The notes below the pieces were generated by a model. The model did not search any database. It saw only the letters and a list, made by a program, of their open reading frames with translations, and was not told the origin of the DNA. DNA of 64,000 bases from Bacillota bacterium. Its GTDB lineage: Bacteria; Bacillota; Negativicutes; Sporomusales; CTSoil-080. The stretch is from assembly GCA_017889725.1 (NCBI GenBank), contig JAGGAE010000015.1, positions 2,753 through 66,752 on the forward strand, written 5' to 3'. The translations under genes were made by a program, and so were the position numbers. Below are positions 9,440 to 18,621 of the stretch, in pieces (within the stretch, counting starts at the first letter, position 1; each line of letters opens with the position of its first letter).

Positions 9440-9645
9440 ATACCCACCCCTAAAACTATTTCTATGCCGAACTCCGTCCTATCCAGCCCTAACCCATCAA
9501 CATTTTTCCGAACCTATTAGCCGTCGTAAAATTTCTATACTAATCTTCCTGCAAACTTATAAAATGAATACTACAAAGTGTGCTAAAGAAGGGGAAAAAT
9601 CATCTGCCCCAAAATGCCCCCGGGGCTTAAAAGTAAGGTGATACC

Positions 9646-11217
9646 ATGGCAAAACCTCTGCCGCCGGAACTGGAACCGGCCTGTTTTTACCTTCGCAAAT
9701 CCAGAGAAGACCAGGAAGCGGAAGCCCGCGGCGAAGGGGAAACCCTTGCCAAACATCGCAAAGCCCTTTATAAACTGGCAAACGAATACGGCATCGCCAT
9801 TACTACTGTTTTTGAAGAAATTGTCTCCGGTGAAAGCATCCTCAACCGTCCGGCTATGCTGTCCCTCCTAAAGGAAATCGAAAACGGTAAATGGCGTTCG
9901 GTATGGTGTATGGACGTCGACCGGTTGGGTCGCGGCGGAATGCAAGACCAGGGACTGCTGCTTGAGACCTTAAAAAGCGCCAGGACCAAGATTGTCACAC
10001 CCCGCAAAATTTATGACTTAAGCGACGAATTTGACGAAGAATATACCGAATTTGAAGCCTTCATGGCCCGTAAAGAATTAAAACTCATTACCCGTAGACT
10101 CCAGAGCGGCAGAAGACGCTCGGTGGAAGAAGGCAATTATCTTGGCACCCGCCCCCCCTACGGCTACCTCATACATAAAGACGCAGGCGAACGGACACTC
10201 ATTCTCCACCCCGAGCAGGCGGACACCGTCAAACTTATCTTTTCCCTCTATACCCATAGCGACCCCAAGCTGCGCATGGGCAGTGGAAAAATAGCGGCTG
10301 AACTCAACCGGCTGGGCTGCACCACCTATACCGGTAAGCCATGGGACGCCTCTACCGTACTATTTATACTAAAAAACGAAATATACCTTGGCCGGGTGCA
10401 ATGGCGAAAGAAAGAAGAAAAGAAAAGCCGCCTCTCCGGCCATAAAAAAATCGTCCGCACCCGTCCCCGCACCGAGTGGATCGATGTCCCGGGTAAACAC
10501 CCGCCTTTAGTTACCCCCGCCCAATTCACCCAAGCCCAAGAAATACTTCAAACCAGGTACCATAACCCCTGCCGGGCGGACGGTCGCCTCACCAATCCCC
10601 TGTCAGGCCTAATTCGCTGCGAAAATTGCGGTTCCGCCATGATTTTCCGCCCCTACCGTCACCAAAAATACCCCCACCTCATCTGCTGTACTCCCCACTG
10701 TCCTACTAAAAGCAGCCGCTTTGCCTACATTGAATCTGCCCTTCTTAGCGGCCTCGACGCCTGGCTGAGTCAATACCATGCCCAATTTTCCAATTACCCC
10801 GCGCCAAACAGCAACTTTAGCAGCGTAACCCTTGACGAACATATCCTCCGCAGCCTGAACAAAACCATAAAAGAGGCGGCCTTACAAAAAAATTGCCTGC
10901 ACGATTTCCTCGAAAAAGGCATTTACGACACGGCCACCTATCTCGACCGCACAGCGAAGCTTACCCAGCGTATCGCCGTAGCCGAAAAAGAAATTCTCGC
11001 CGCCGAAAACCGGCTCCAATACGAAAAAGCCCATGCAAACACACTAAACCTCCTCCCTAAGTTGACAAAACTGCTTGGCATCTACCCAAAAACCACCGAT
11101 GCCTCTTTGAAAAACCAAATGCTAAAGACCGTGCTCCGGTGCGCCCTGTACCGTAAAGACCCCACCCAGCACGGACCGGAGTTTTCTCTAAAGCTATTCC
11201 CAAAGTTGCCGCACTAA
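9646..11217 (+). CDS. Large serine recombinase (SpoIVCA-like)
   Basis: YLRKS catalytic Ser, DVDRLGR, PPYGY recombinase domain, CENCG..CCTPHC zinc ribbon, coiled coil; convergent with the sigK 5' half. Confidence 0.93.
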   Translation: MAKPLPPELEPACFYLRKSREDQEAEARGEGETLAKHRKALYKLANEYGIAITTVFEEIVSGESILNRPAMLSLLKEIENGKWRSVWCMDVDRLGRGGMQDQGLLLETLKSARTKIVTPRKIYDLSDEFDEEYTEFEAFMARKELKLITRRLQSGRRRSVEEGNYLGTRPPYGYLIHKDAGERTLILHPEQADTVKLIFSLYTHSDPKLRMGSGKIAAELNRLGCTTYTGKPWDASTVLFILKNEIYLGRVQWRKKEEKKSRLSGHKKIVRTRPRTEWIDVPGKHPPLVTPAQFTQAQEILQTRYHNPCRADGRLTNPLSGLIRCENCGSAMIFRPYRHQKYPHLICCTPHCPTKSSRFAYIESALLSGLDAWLSQYHAQFSNYPAPNSNFSSVTLDEHILRSLNKTIKEAALQKNCLHDFLEKGIYDTATYLDRTAKLTQRIAVAEKEILAAENRLQYEKAHANTLNLLPKLTKLLGIYPKTTDASLKNQMLKTVLRCALYRKDPTQHGPEFSLKLFPKLPH

Positions 11218-11225
11218 GAAATAGT

Positions 11226-11270
11226 AAAAAAGGGAGGGAAGAAAACGCCCGCATTTCTTTCCCCCCTTTT
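11226..11270. terminator. Bidirectional hairpin between the recombinase and the sigK 5' half
   Basis: AAAAAGGGAGGGAAGAAA...TTTCTTTCCCCCCTTTT. Confidence 0.6.
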
Positions 11271-11648
11271 CTATTTGCACCTATGCGTACTGCGAAAGTG
11301 CATGAGGATTTCATTTTCGATGCAGCGGGCTGCATAGGTCGCCAGTCTGGTTTTTTTGCCGGAATCAAATGTGTTGATAGCTTTGATCAGGCCAATGGTT
11401 CCAATCGAAATAAGGTCATCCACTTCTTCACCGCTATTATCAAACTTTTTGACAATGTGGGCAACCAAGCGGAGATTGCGTTCAATCAGCACGTTTTTAG
11501 CCGTTTCGTCGCCCTCTTTCAGGCGTGCCAGATAAAGCTGCTCCTCTTTTTCCGACAGTGGCAAAGGAAATGTGTTATTCGTCAAATATGCCACAAATAA
11601 AGAAAGTCCCGTGACAACCGAAGTAGCCAGGGCCAATAAAGCGGACAC
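11271..11648 (-). CDS. sigK: Pro-sigmaK, N-terminal half (spoIVCB-like), interrupted
   Basis: Hydrophobic pro-sequence, then AYLTNNTFPLPLS, LIERNLRLVAHIVKKF, DDLISIGTIGLIKAI, LATYAARCIENEILMH; regions 3-4 absent. Confidence 0.93.
   Translation of the reverse strand: MSALLALATSVVTGLSLFVAYLTNNTFPLPLSEKEEQLYLARLKEGDETAKNVLIERNLRLVAHIVKKFDNSGEEVDDLISIGTIGLIKAINTFDSGKKTRLATYAARCIENEILMHFRSTHRCK
11276..11302. other. Putative att junction of the skin-like element
   Basis: Imperfect IR TGCAC-CTATGC-GTAC-TGCGAAA-GTGCA centred where sigK similarity ends (..LMHFRST|HRCK*). Confidence 0.6.
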
Positions 11649-11680
11649 CAAACCTTTCACCCCCCGTTCAAACTGTGCTT

Positions 11681-11710
11681 TATTGTATGGGGGTGACACA
11701 AGTAACGTGC
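11681..11710 (-). promoter_or_regulatory. Mother-cell (sigmaE/sigmaK-type) promoter of sigK
   Basis: GCAC-N17-CATACAATA upstream of the GGGGGTGAAAGG RBS. Confidence 0.55.
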
Positions 11711-11807
11711 CTGTAAATATATTCTAAATTTTCTTTGCCCCAAAGCGGGCATCTGCTATGGGCAAACACGCAAAAATATTGTATAATCGCACCAGGAGAG
11801 TGATAAA

Positions 11808-11897
11808 ATGGCGTCATATGTTGGCGATTTTGGTATTTTTTTCACCATAGTGCTTGTGGTTGTCTATGTTATGTGGGACGAACTTTTCCCCAATTAG
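11808..11897 (+). CDS. Unannotated 29-aa single-TM peptide MASYVGDFGIFFTIVLVVVYVMWDELFPN
   Basis: AGGAGAG RBS, TATAAT at 11782-11787, clean hydrophobic helix. Confidence 0.55.
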   Translation: MASYVGDFGIFFTIVLVVVYVMWDELFPN

Positions 11898-12480
11898 CGG
11901 TACCGCGGCAGGCTGCTGCCTCGCCTAGGCAAAATAGATCATAAACGGCTAAAAAGGCTGCGCCGATGACTTTGCTAAGTTTGACAACAATAGCAAGGGG
12001 TGTACTGTGTAAATCGAGATACCCCAACTGCCCTCCGGCGTTTACTACGCCGATTACGGCTATGTTTCCCACAGACGGTAGCCGATTTCCCACCGCGATA
12101 CCTGCTTCAATACCGCCTGCCCAAGCTTCGATATTACCTATTTCGCCGGTTTTCCCTAGGCAGGCATCTACAGCAACAATCAACGGGTTGCTATACCTCG
12201 CAAAAATCGTTTGGGTGACTTCCACCAGGTTTCCGGCATGCACGGGATGGTCTAAGTTGCCATAAATATTCTGCACCCCGTTTTCCGCTAAGTAAGTCCC
12301 AATAAGCGGCCCAAGCGCATCTCCTGTGTACCTGTCGGAACCAATACACAGAAATACCAAGGGCCGAGAGGTAACTTCCTTTTCGCGGGCCAGCAGACCT
12401 AAAAGATGTTCGGTTAATTTTTCACAAACATTGGCATCCGTTACTTTTACAATACCTTTATTAATAAATTTTTTCCCCAT
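11869..12480 (-). CDS. yyaC: Spore protease YyaC
   Basis: LCIGSDRYTGDALGPLIGT, PVHAGNL, AVDACLG; start moved to ATG 12480 after GAAGGAG. Confidence 0.88.
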   Translation of the reverse strand: MGKKFINKGIVKVTDANVCEKLTEHLLGLLAREKEVTSRPLVFLCIGSDRYTGDALGPLIGTYLAENGVQNIYGNLDHPVHAGNLVEVTQTIFARYSNPLIVAVDACLGKTGEIGNIEAWAGGIEAGIAVGNRLPSVGNIAVIGVVNAGGQLGYLDLHSTPLAIVVKLSKVIGAAFLAVYDLFCLGEAAACRGTANWGKVRPT

Positions 12481-12609
12481 TCTATCGCTCCTTCGGCCAG
12501 TCTCCATAAAAACTATGCGGCCATCTGCCGAATGTTTCATAAAATGTAAGAGGTTTAATATATAAAAACGCCAATCATTCCTGACCGGTCTGACTGGCGT
12601 TTATATTTT

Positions 12610-13176
12610 CTATAAAAGAGGCGGATTCTGATACTCTGGCCGTTTTGCAGCTGTCGCCAATGCCTCGATGACAAAGCTAATGTGTTCTTTTAAATCTACC
12701 CCAAGAGACATGGCTCCTTCGATTATAGTAGCACGGTTAACCGCACGGGCAAACGCTTTGTCTTTCATCTTTTTGACCACCGATTTGGCTTCGAGCGTGT
12801 CCAAACTCTTATCCGGGCGCACCAGCGCGCATGCAATAATAAAACCAGTTAGCTCGTCCAACGCGAGCAGTGTTTTTTGCAACAGTGTCCTCTCTTGTGA
12901 CCAGTCGCGAGCATGTGACTCAACGTCGGTAATAAAATCATCGCTATAATTGTATTTCGTGAGAATTTCTCGGGCATGGTTGGGATGGTCATTAGGGTAC
13001 AGATCAAAATCTACGTCATGCAATAAGCCCACGGCTCCCCAATATGCTTCATCTTCACCAAACTTTTTCGCATAGGCCTCCATGGCCGCTTCAACCGCCA
13101 TACAATGTTTTAACAATACGTCACAGGACACATATTGCGTTAATATTTGCCGAGTCTCTGCTTTAGATGTTTGCAT
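12610..13176 (-). CDS. HD (HDIG)-domain phosphohydrolase
   Basis: LKHCMAVEAAM, GLLHDVD, DELTGFIIACALVRP, KDKAFARAVNR. Confidence 0.85.
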   Translation of the reverse strand: MQTSKAETRQILTQYVSCDVLLKHCMAVEAAMEAYAKKFGEDEAYWGAVGLLHDVDFDLYPNDHPNHAREILTKYNYSDDFITDVESHARDWSQERTLLQKTLLALDELTGFIIACALVRPDKSLDTLEAKSVVKKMKDKAFARAVNRATIIEGAMSLGVDLKEHISFVIEALATAAKRPEYQNPPLL

Positions 13177-13309
13177 AACAAGTCCTCCTTTTTCAGCTAT
13201 ATTATCATTATACCAAAATCAGTCAATTTCTTAAACTATTCACCTATATTTATAACCTTGCGCATAAAATGTGTCGAATGACTTTCTAGCGGAATACGAT
13301 GGAGGCAAT

Positions 13310-14227
13310 ATGAAGGTTATAGCGATTTTTATGGCAGGTATGGGGCTTCTGGCAGGCGGCTTATTTACTATGCGTTGGACATTAACCAAGGTATTTATCC
13401 ATTCGTTTCATCAATACCTCAGCCAATTAACGCTGACTCCGCTGCGCAGCTTGCTGGTTGGGATGATAGCAGCGGCCTTTATGCAAAGCAGTTCTGCTCT
13501 TACACTGGTTACTATCGGACTCATCAGTGCGGATTTGTTACCTTTTGAGTCCGGCTTAGGCATTATCCTGGGAGCTAATATCGGCACCTGCTCAACAGTA
13601 CAGCTTATGACGGTGTCGATTCCCTTACGTTATCTTGCGACACTTCTTATTTTCTGCTGTTTTTTTGCCTTAGTGTTACCTAAATACAGGTCAATAACGT
13701 TATCCCTTACCGGATTATGCGGCATGCTGACTGGCCTTTCTTTCTTAAACGCTTCGCTGGCAAACGCCGTCGAGCTTTCTACTGTATTAACCTATCTAGA
13801 AAACGCCTCCCACCAGCCGCTGTTAGGTATTAGCGGTGGTGTGCTCCTGACTTTGCTGTTTCAGTCAAGCAGCGCATCCACTGCCCTGTTGATGTCACTG
13901 ACCGGGCAGGGACTGATAGATCTGACCGCCGCTGCCTATAGCGTATACGGTAATAATATCGGCTCTTGCATACCGTCTTTATTGGTCGGACTTACAGCCC
14001 CCCTGACCGCGAAGCGCGTGGCTGTATCCCACCTCATTCTAAACGTGCTGGGCGTTGTGTGTTTTTTCCCCTTTACCCAACATATAATAAAAATGGCTAC
14101 CCTGCTTTCCGTAAATTTGCCGGAGCAGGTAGCCATGATTCACACGTTGTTCAATATAATATCGTCCGTGGTTGTGCTGGTGTTTATCAAATCCTTCAGT
14201 CGTCTCATTATCTTTCTTGTCCGCTGA
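13310..14227 (+). CDS. Na/Pi cotransporter family protein (YqeW-like)
   Basis: Two QSSSA repeats, GANIGT and GNNIGS; GGAGG RBS before ATG 13310. Confidence 0.88.
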   Translation: MKVIAIFMAGMGLLAGGLFTMRWTLTKVFIHSFHQYLSQLTLTPLRSLLVGMIAAAFMQSSSALTLVTIGLISADLLPFESGLGIILGANIGTCSTVQLMTVSIPLRYLATLLIFCCFFALVLPKYRSITLSLTGLCGMLTGLSFLNASLANAVELSTVLTYLENASHQPLLGISGGVLLTLLFQSSSASTALLMSLTGQGLIDLTAAAYSVYGNNIGSCIPSLLVGLTAPLTAKRVAVSHLILNVLGVVCFFPFTQHIIKMATLLSVNLPEQVAMIHTLFNIISSVVVLVFIKSFSRLIIFLVR

Positions 14228-15059
14228 CAGGGTTAACTCTTCTTGGCTTCAGCCATTTAAATAGTAGACCGTCCGCACCGACAAGCAAAAGCAAATAGAT
14301 AGCAACGGCCATCATTACGATGGTTCCGCCCGGTGCAATGTCTAAATAAAAAGACAGTACCAATCCCCCCCATACCGAAATCACTGAGAATACTACCGCC
14401 CAACCCAAGGTGGCCTTAAAACCAACCCGTAGTAGCTGGGACGCCGCCACTGGAATAATCATCAACGAACTGACCAGCAATATACCTACGATACGCATAC
14501 CAACCACAACGACAAGAGCAGTCATCATGCTGAAAACCACCCCTACGACGGCGGTATTAATGCCAGCCACTTTGGCTACTTCTTCATCAAAAGACATTAG
14601 CATTAGTTTATAAAAACAGCGTGCCATTACTGCGAGAACCAGCAATGCACAGGCTCCAATTAGCCATAGATCCGTTGCGGTAACGGTGAGTATGCTGCCA
14701 AAGAGTACGCCGATAATTCCGTTACCGGGCACTTTGGCCATACTGCTGAAAATCACGGCCAGTGCGATCCCACTGTAGAAAAAAATGGCCAACGAGGTAT
14801 CGGCATACCGGATATGTTTGCGGCGAACAAATTCAATGCCGCCCGCCCCCAACATGGTAACCAGCGCGGCAACAAAAGTTGGATAAATATTGAGTACATA
14901 GCCGCCCATGATTCCGGCAAACGCAATATGCCCCAGGCCGTCACCAATCATAGCCTGACGGCGTACTACCACGAATATTCCGATAAGAGGGCAAACTAGC
15001 GCGGTAATCAGCCCCGCCACGAGCGCCCTTTGCATAAAATCAAATTGCAGTAATTCCAT
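14208..15059 (-). CDS. znuB: Zn/Mn ABC transporter permease
   Basis: FMQRAL, GDGLGHIAFAG, VGILLVSSLMIIP. Confidence 0.85.
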   Translation of the reverse strand: MELLQFDFMQRALVAGLITALVCPLIGIFVVVRRQAMIGDGLGHIAFAGIMGGYVLNIYPTFVAALVTMLGAGGIEFVRRKHIRYADTSLAIFFYSGIALAVIFSSMAKVPGNGIIGVLFGSILTVTATDLWLIGACALLVLAVMARCFYKLMLMSFDEEVAKVAGINTAVVGVVFSMMTALVVVVGMRIVGILLVSSLMIIPVAASQLLRVGFKATLGWAVVFSVISVWGGLVLSFYLDIAPGGTIVMMAVAIYLLLLVGADGLLFKWLKPRRVNPVSGQER

Positions 15060-15116
15060 TTACCTATCACCTGCTTCTTATATCTTTGGATTATAGCAAA
15101 AACCCCTGACCAGACA

Positions 15117-15842
15117 TTACTGCGGCTGGTAGGGGAATAAATGCGGCGCACCAATATGGTTATGACGAAACTCCGTACTTTCTCCGTAAAAGCATACCCC
15201 ATTATTGATACAGGCCACTTTATTGGCTACACGGATAACTTTATCAATATCGTGCGATACAGCGATTATAGTAATTCCCAGATTGCGATTGAGTTCACCC
15301 AGCAGACCATATAATTTCGTACCAGTATCATAATCTACGCCACTCGTTGGTTCGTCTAAGAGAAGAATACCCGGATTGATTGCCAGCGCCCTAGCCACCA
15401 TGACTCTCTGCTGCTGCCCGCCGCTGAGTTCTCCCACCAGACGAGTTCGCAGATCTTGCATACCAACCAGTTCAAGCATGTGGCTTACCACATGACGCTC
15501 GCCTTCCCGTTTCATTTTCCTGCCGTGCCGGGAGTAAAGACCAAGGGCGACGATCTCTTCCACCGTCGCCGGAAAGCCTACGGTATTCTGCGCATAATGC
15601 TGTGGCACATACCCCATGTTTCCCGCCGCGCAGGCTGTGGGGACATCTTTGCCAGCGATTTGCACCAAACCGCTGTCCGGCTTAATCAAACCGGCGACCA
15701 TTTTAAGCAGCGTACTCTTGCCCGCACCGTTCGGCCCGACCATAGCCACAAAGTCACCGGCAGCAATGGAAAGTGAGAGATTTTTCAACACAGCATTGTC
15801 GCCGTAAGAAAAGTTAACCTCTTTTATTGAAATATCATACAT
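15117..15842 (-). CDS. znuC: Zn/Mn ABC transporter ATPase
   Basis: GPNGAGKST, GYVPQ, LSGGQQQRV, LLDEPT. Confidence 0.85.
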   Translation of the reverse strand: MYDISIKEVNFSYGDNAVLKNLSLSIAAGDFVAMVGPNGAGKSTLLKMVAGLIKPDSGLVQIAGKDVPTACAAGNMGYVPQHYAQNTVGFPATVEEIVALGLYSRHGRKMKREGERHVVSHMLELVGMQDLRTRLVGELSGGQQQRVMVARALAINPGILLLDEPTSGVDYDTGTKLYGLLGELNRNLGITIIAVSHDIDKVIRVANKVACINNGVCFYGESTEFRHNHIGAPHLFPYQPQ

Positions 15843-15882
15843 ATGTTATCCTCTAACCCTTTATTGTTATTTCCCAGACGCA

Positions 15883-17598
15883 TCAGGCTTTTATTTCACC
15901 CTGCTCTACCGCCTGAGCATACTGTCCGCCAAACGCTACTAGCTCGGCGTGGTTGCCTACTTCGGCAATTTTTCCACCAGTCAGATAAAACACCTTATCA
16001 GAATCACGAAGCGTAGAAAGACGATGAGTAATGATAAAGGTGGTACGGCCAACGCTGGCATTGCGAATAGCTTGCATGACTTGTGTTTCGGCATAAGCAT
16101 CTAGAGCCGCCGTAGGTTCATCCAGCAGTAGAATGGCTGGTTCAATAACAATGGCCCTGGCAATAGCAATACGCTGGCGCTGGCCGCCGGAAAGTCTTCC
16201 ACCCAGTTCACCCACCGGCGAATGGTAGCCTTGCGGCAATTCCATAATAAAATCATGAATGTTAGCCAGTTTGGCAGCCCGCTCAATTTCACTATAGGTA
16301 GCGGCGGGACGGCCATACCGGATGTTTTCCAGTATGCTCGCGTTAAACAACACAGGTTCCTGCTGAATAAAACCAATGTGTCCCCTCATGTCGCTGATTT
16401 TTAAAGTTTTGATGTCAATTCCGTCAATACAGATTGTCCCCTCATCCGGGTCATAAAATCTAAGCAGCAAGTTGGCAAACGACGATTTGCCCGCACCGCT
16501 TGGCCCAACGATAGCAACAACTTCCCCTGGGCTGGCGGAAACATTAATATTTTTTAAAACTTCGGTACCAAGCCGATAGGAAAATGCCACATTTTTAAAC
16601 TCCACCCGACCATTACAGGAAGGAAGCGGCCGATCGCCATCCACCACCGTGGTCGGCTCAAACTCTAACTCTCTTATTCGTCCCCAGGCAATCATGCCAA
16701 GCTTCAAACGCGAAATAGCCTGGGTAATTTTCCCCACTGGCGCTGGTACATTAATAATGTACACAAGGAACGCAAACATACCTCCAATCGTCAGATTTCC
16801 GTTCACCACTTCCCGGCTGCCGTACCAAATAATCAGGGTGACGGCAATGGCCGTAAGAAATTCCACCAGAGGAATAAGTAAAGCATTCCATCGCTGCACT
16901 TTAAACAAATCCCCGGCCGCTTCGTACAGCTTTTGGCGAAACTTGCCGTATTCATAGTCTTCCCGTACATACCCCTGAACGAGTGATACACTCATAAGCG
17001 ACTGGTGCAAAAGACCGGTGACTTTGCTTAACGCCTCTTGATATATCGAACCAAAAGCGGCAATCCGTTTATTAAAATACCCCACCACACTAATGGTAAA
17101 CGGCAGGGTGGCAAAAGTGACTAATGCCAGTTGCCAGTCAAAATAAAACATAACCATCATAATCGCCGCCACATTCAGCGATTCTACCAGCAAATCCGGT
17201 ATCCCTATGGACACTGCCTGCTGAATGAGCCACAAATCATTGGTAAAATAGCCGATTATGTTACCTGTGGGCGCGTTAATAAAGTACCCATAATCCATAG
17301 CATGCAACCGTTTAAACATGTCCTGCCTAAGTTTGCTTACCATCAAGTTTCCGGCTTTTGCCATATTATATCCATAATAATAAGAAAACAACACCCGGAT
17401 GCCATACAACCCGGCTACACTTAAAACGATCATGTTTAGCTTCGCTAAGTCTCCACCATCGAGAGCATCATCAATTAACGACTTTAGTATCAAAGGCACC
17501 GACAATCCAGCTGCCGATGCAACAGCAAAGCTGGCCACCGCCGTTAGTGTCAGTGCCCAGTAAGGTACAGCAAACTTCGTCCAATAAAGTTTGAACAT
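15883..17598 (-). CDS. MsbA-like ABC exporter (fused TMD-NBD)
   Basis: 6-TM domain plus GPSGAGKS, LSGGQRQRIAIAR, LDEPT. Confidence 0.85.
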   Translation of the reverse strand: MFKLYWTKFAVPYWALTLTAVASFAVASAAGLSVPLILKSLIDDALDGGDLAKLNMIVLSVAGLYGIRVLFSYYYGYNMAKAGNLMVSKLRQDMFKRLHAMDYGYFINAPTGNIIGYFTNDLWLIQQAVSIGIPDLLVESLNVAAIMMVMFYFDWQLALVTFATLPFTISVVGYFNKRIAAFGSIYQEALSKVTGLLHQSLMSVSLVQGYVREDYEYGKFRQKLYEAAGDLFKVQRWNALLIPLVEFLTAIAVTLIIWYGSREVVNGNLTIGGMFAFLVYIINVPAPVGKITQAISRLKLGMIAWGRIRELEFEPTTVVDGDRPLPSCNGRVEFKNVAFSYRLGTEVLKNINVSASPGEVVAIVGPSGAGKSSFANLLLRFYDPDEGTICIDGIDIKTLKISDMRGHIGFIQQEPVLFNASILENIRYGRPAATYSEIERAAKLANIHDFIMELPQGYHSPVGELGGRLSGGQRQRIAIARAIVIEPAILLLDEPTAALDAYAETQVMQAIRNASVGRTTFIITHRLSTLRDSDKVFYLTGGKIAEVGNHAELVAFGGQYAQAVEQGEIKA

Positions 17599-17735
17599 GC
17601 AATTAAGCCTCCAAAGCTGACCAGGAGTTGGCCTATAAGTAATTTCTACTACAAAAAACTCTACTATCTTTCACAATATCGCGCTACCTTTTATATCATG
17701 TTCGCCAACCGTCTAACCTTATACCAAGGAAGGTA

Positions 17736-17766
17736 AAAAGCGGGAGGCAAAGCCTCCCGTACTTTT
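17736..17766 (-). terminator. Rho-independent terminator of the NlpC/P60 gene
   Basis: CGGGAGGC-aaa-GCCTCCCG flanked by A/T runs. Confidence 0.7.
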
Positions 17767-18430
17767 ACATCATTCGGCGTGCTCCAATATAACGTGCTCC
17801 CCAATAACCGCTGTCTAAACTGGCGATCGCTACCCCCTGACTGGAAGTAGCACTGACAAAATAACCGTCCCCTATATATATACCTACATGGGATACGCCA
17901 GAAGCATACGTACTAAAGTATACGGTGTCGCCAGGCTGCAACCGGCTCCGGCTTACCGGACGTCCATAATCATACTGCTCATCTGCCGCTCTCGGCAAAT
18001 AAATACCATTATTCGCAAAGACAAACCGGACAAAACCGGAACAATCAAAACCGGAAGGACTAACGCCGCCAAAAACATAAGGTACACCTTGATAGCGAAG
18101 TGCGGTTTGAACGATACGTCTGACACTCGCTGTTGACCCGGCACGACTCGCCGGAATTTCACGCCCCATTAATGCGCGATAAGTAGCTTCCCCTACAATT
18201 CCGTCATCTTCTAAGCCCCGGTCGCGCTGAAACGCTTTTACAGCGGCGACGGTCAAAGACCCAAAATCTCCATCAGCATTTCCTGCATTATATCCACATG
18301 CGTTTAACTGCGCCTGAATTTCAGCTACATCCGATCCGCTGTCCCCTTTTTCCAGAGCAGCAGCATAGGCAAAAGTACCTACCAAGCAAAAAACAACAGT
18401 AAACACCAAAGTTCTCAGTATCCGACTCAA
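17765..18430 (-). CDS. NlpC/P60 peptidoglycan endopeptidase with PG-binding domain
   Basis: Signal peptide, DGDFGSLT/DGIVGEAT PG_binding_1, GVPYVFGG..GFDCSG..HVGIY; TTG start at 18430 after GAAGGGAG. Confidence 0.9.
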   Translation of the reverse strand: MSRILRTLVFTVVFCLVGTFAYAAALEKGDSGSDVAEIQAQLNACGYNAGNADGDFGSLTVAAVKAFQRDRGLEDDGIVGEATYRALMGREIPASRAGSTASVRRIVQTALRYQGVPYVFGGVSPSGFDCSGFVRFVFANNGIYLPRAADEQYDYGRPVSRSRLQPGDTVYFSTYASGVSHVGIYIGDGYFVSATSSQGVAIASLDSGYWGARYIGARRMM

Positions 18431-18448
18431 TATGAATCTCCCTTCATT

Positions 18449-18550
18449 AGCCTCCGGAGTTAGCTGACGGGCTGGGACAGAAGAGTTGCCCCACTTGCTA
18501 AAGTTTCGCCCCAAAAAGTGGTTCCCCCGTACCTGAGCGGGATTCGGCTT
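18449..18550 (-). ncRNA. Cyclic di-AMP (ydaO/yuaA) riboswitch
   Basis: GCCGAATCC..AGGTACGGGGGAACC..TTTTGGGGCGAA..GGGGCAACTC..CCCAGCCCGTCAGCTAACTCCGGAGGC directly upstream of a cell-wall hydrolase. Confidence 0.92.
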
Positions 18551-18621
18551 TTTACGCTCATTATATTCTATTCTCGGTATTTTGGAAATTTCCTTCCTTA
18601 ATTTCCATTTTTATTCTTAAT

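Larger units (their letters stand above)
1..11289. mobile_element. sigK-intervening (skin-like) element, right part; left end outside window
   Basis: Truncated sigK 5' half abuts a convergent large serine recombinase; AT-richer cargo with gene relics; imperfect IR at the point where sigK similarity ends. Confidence 0.85.
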
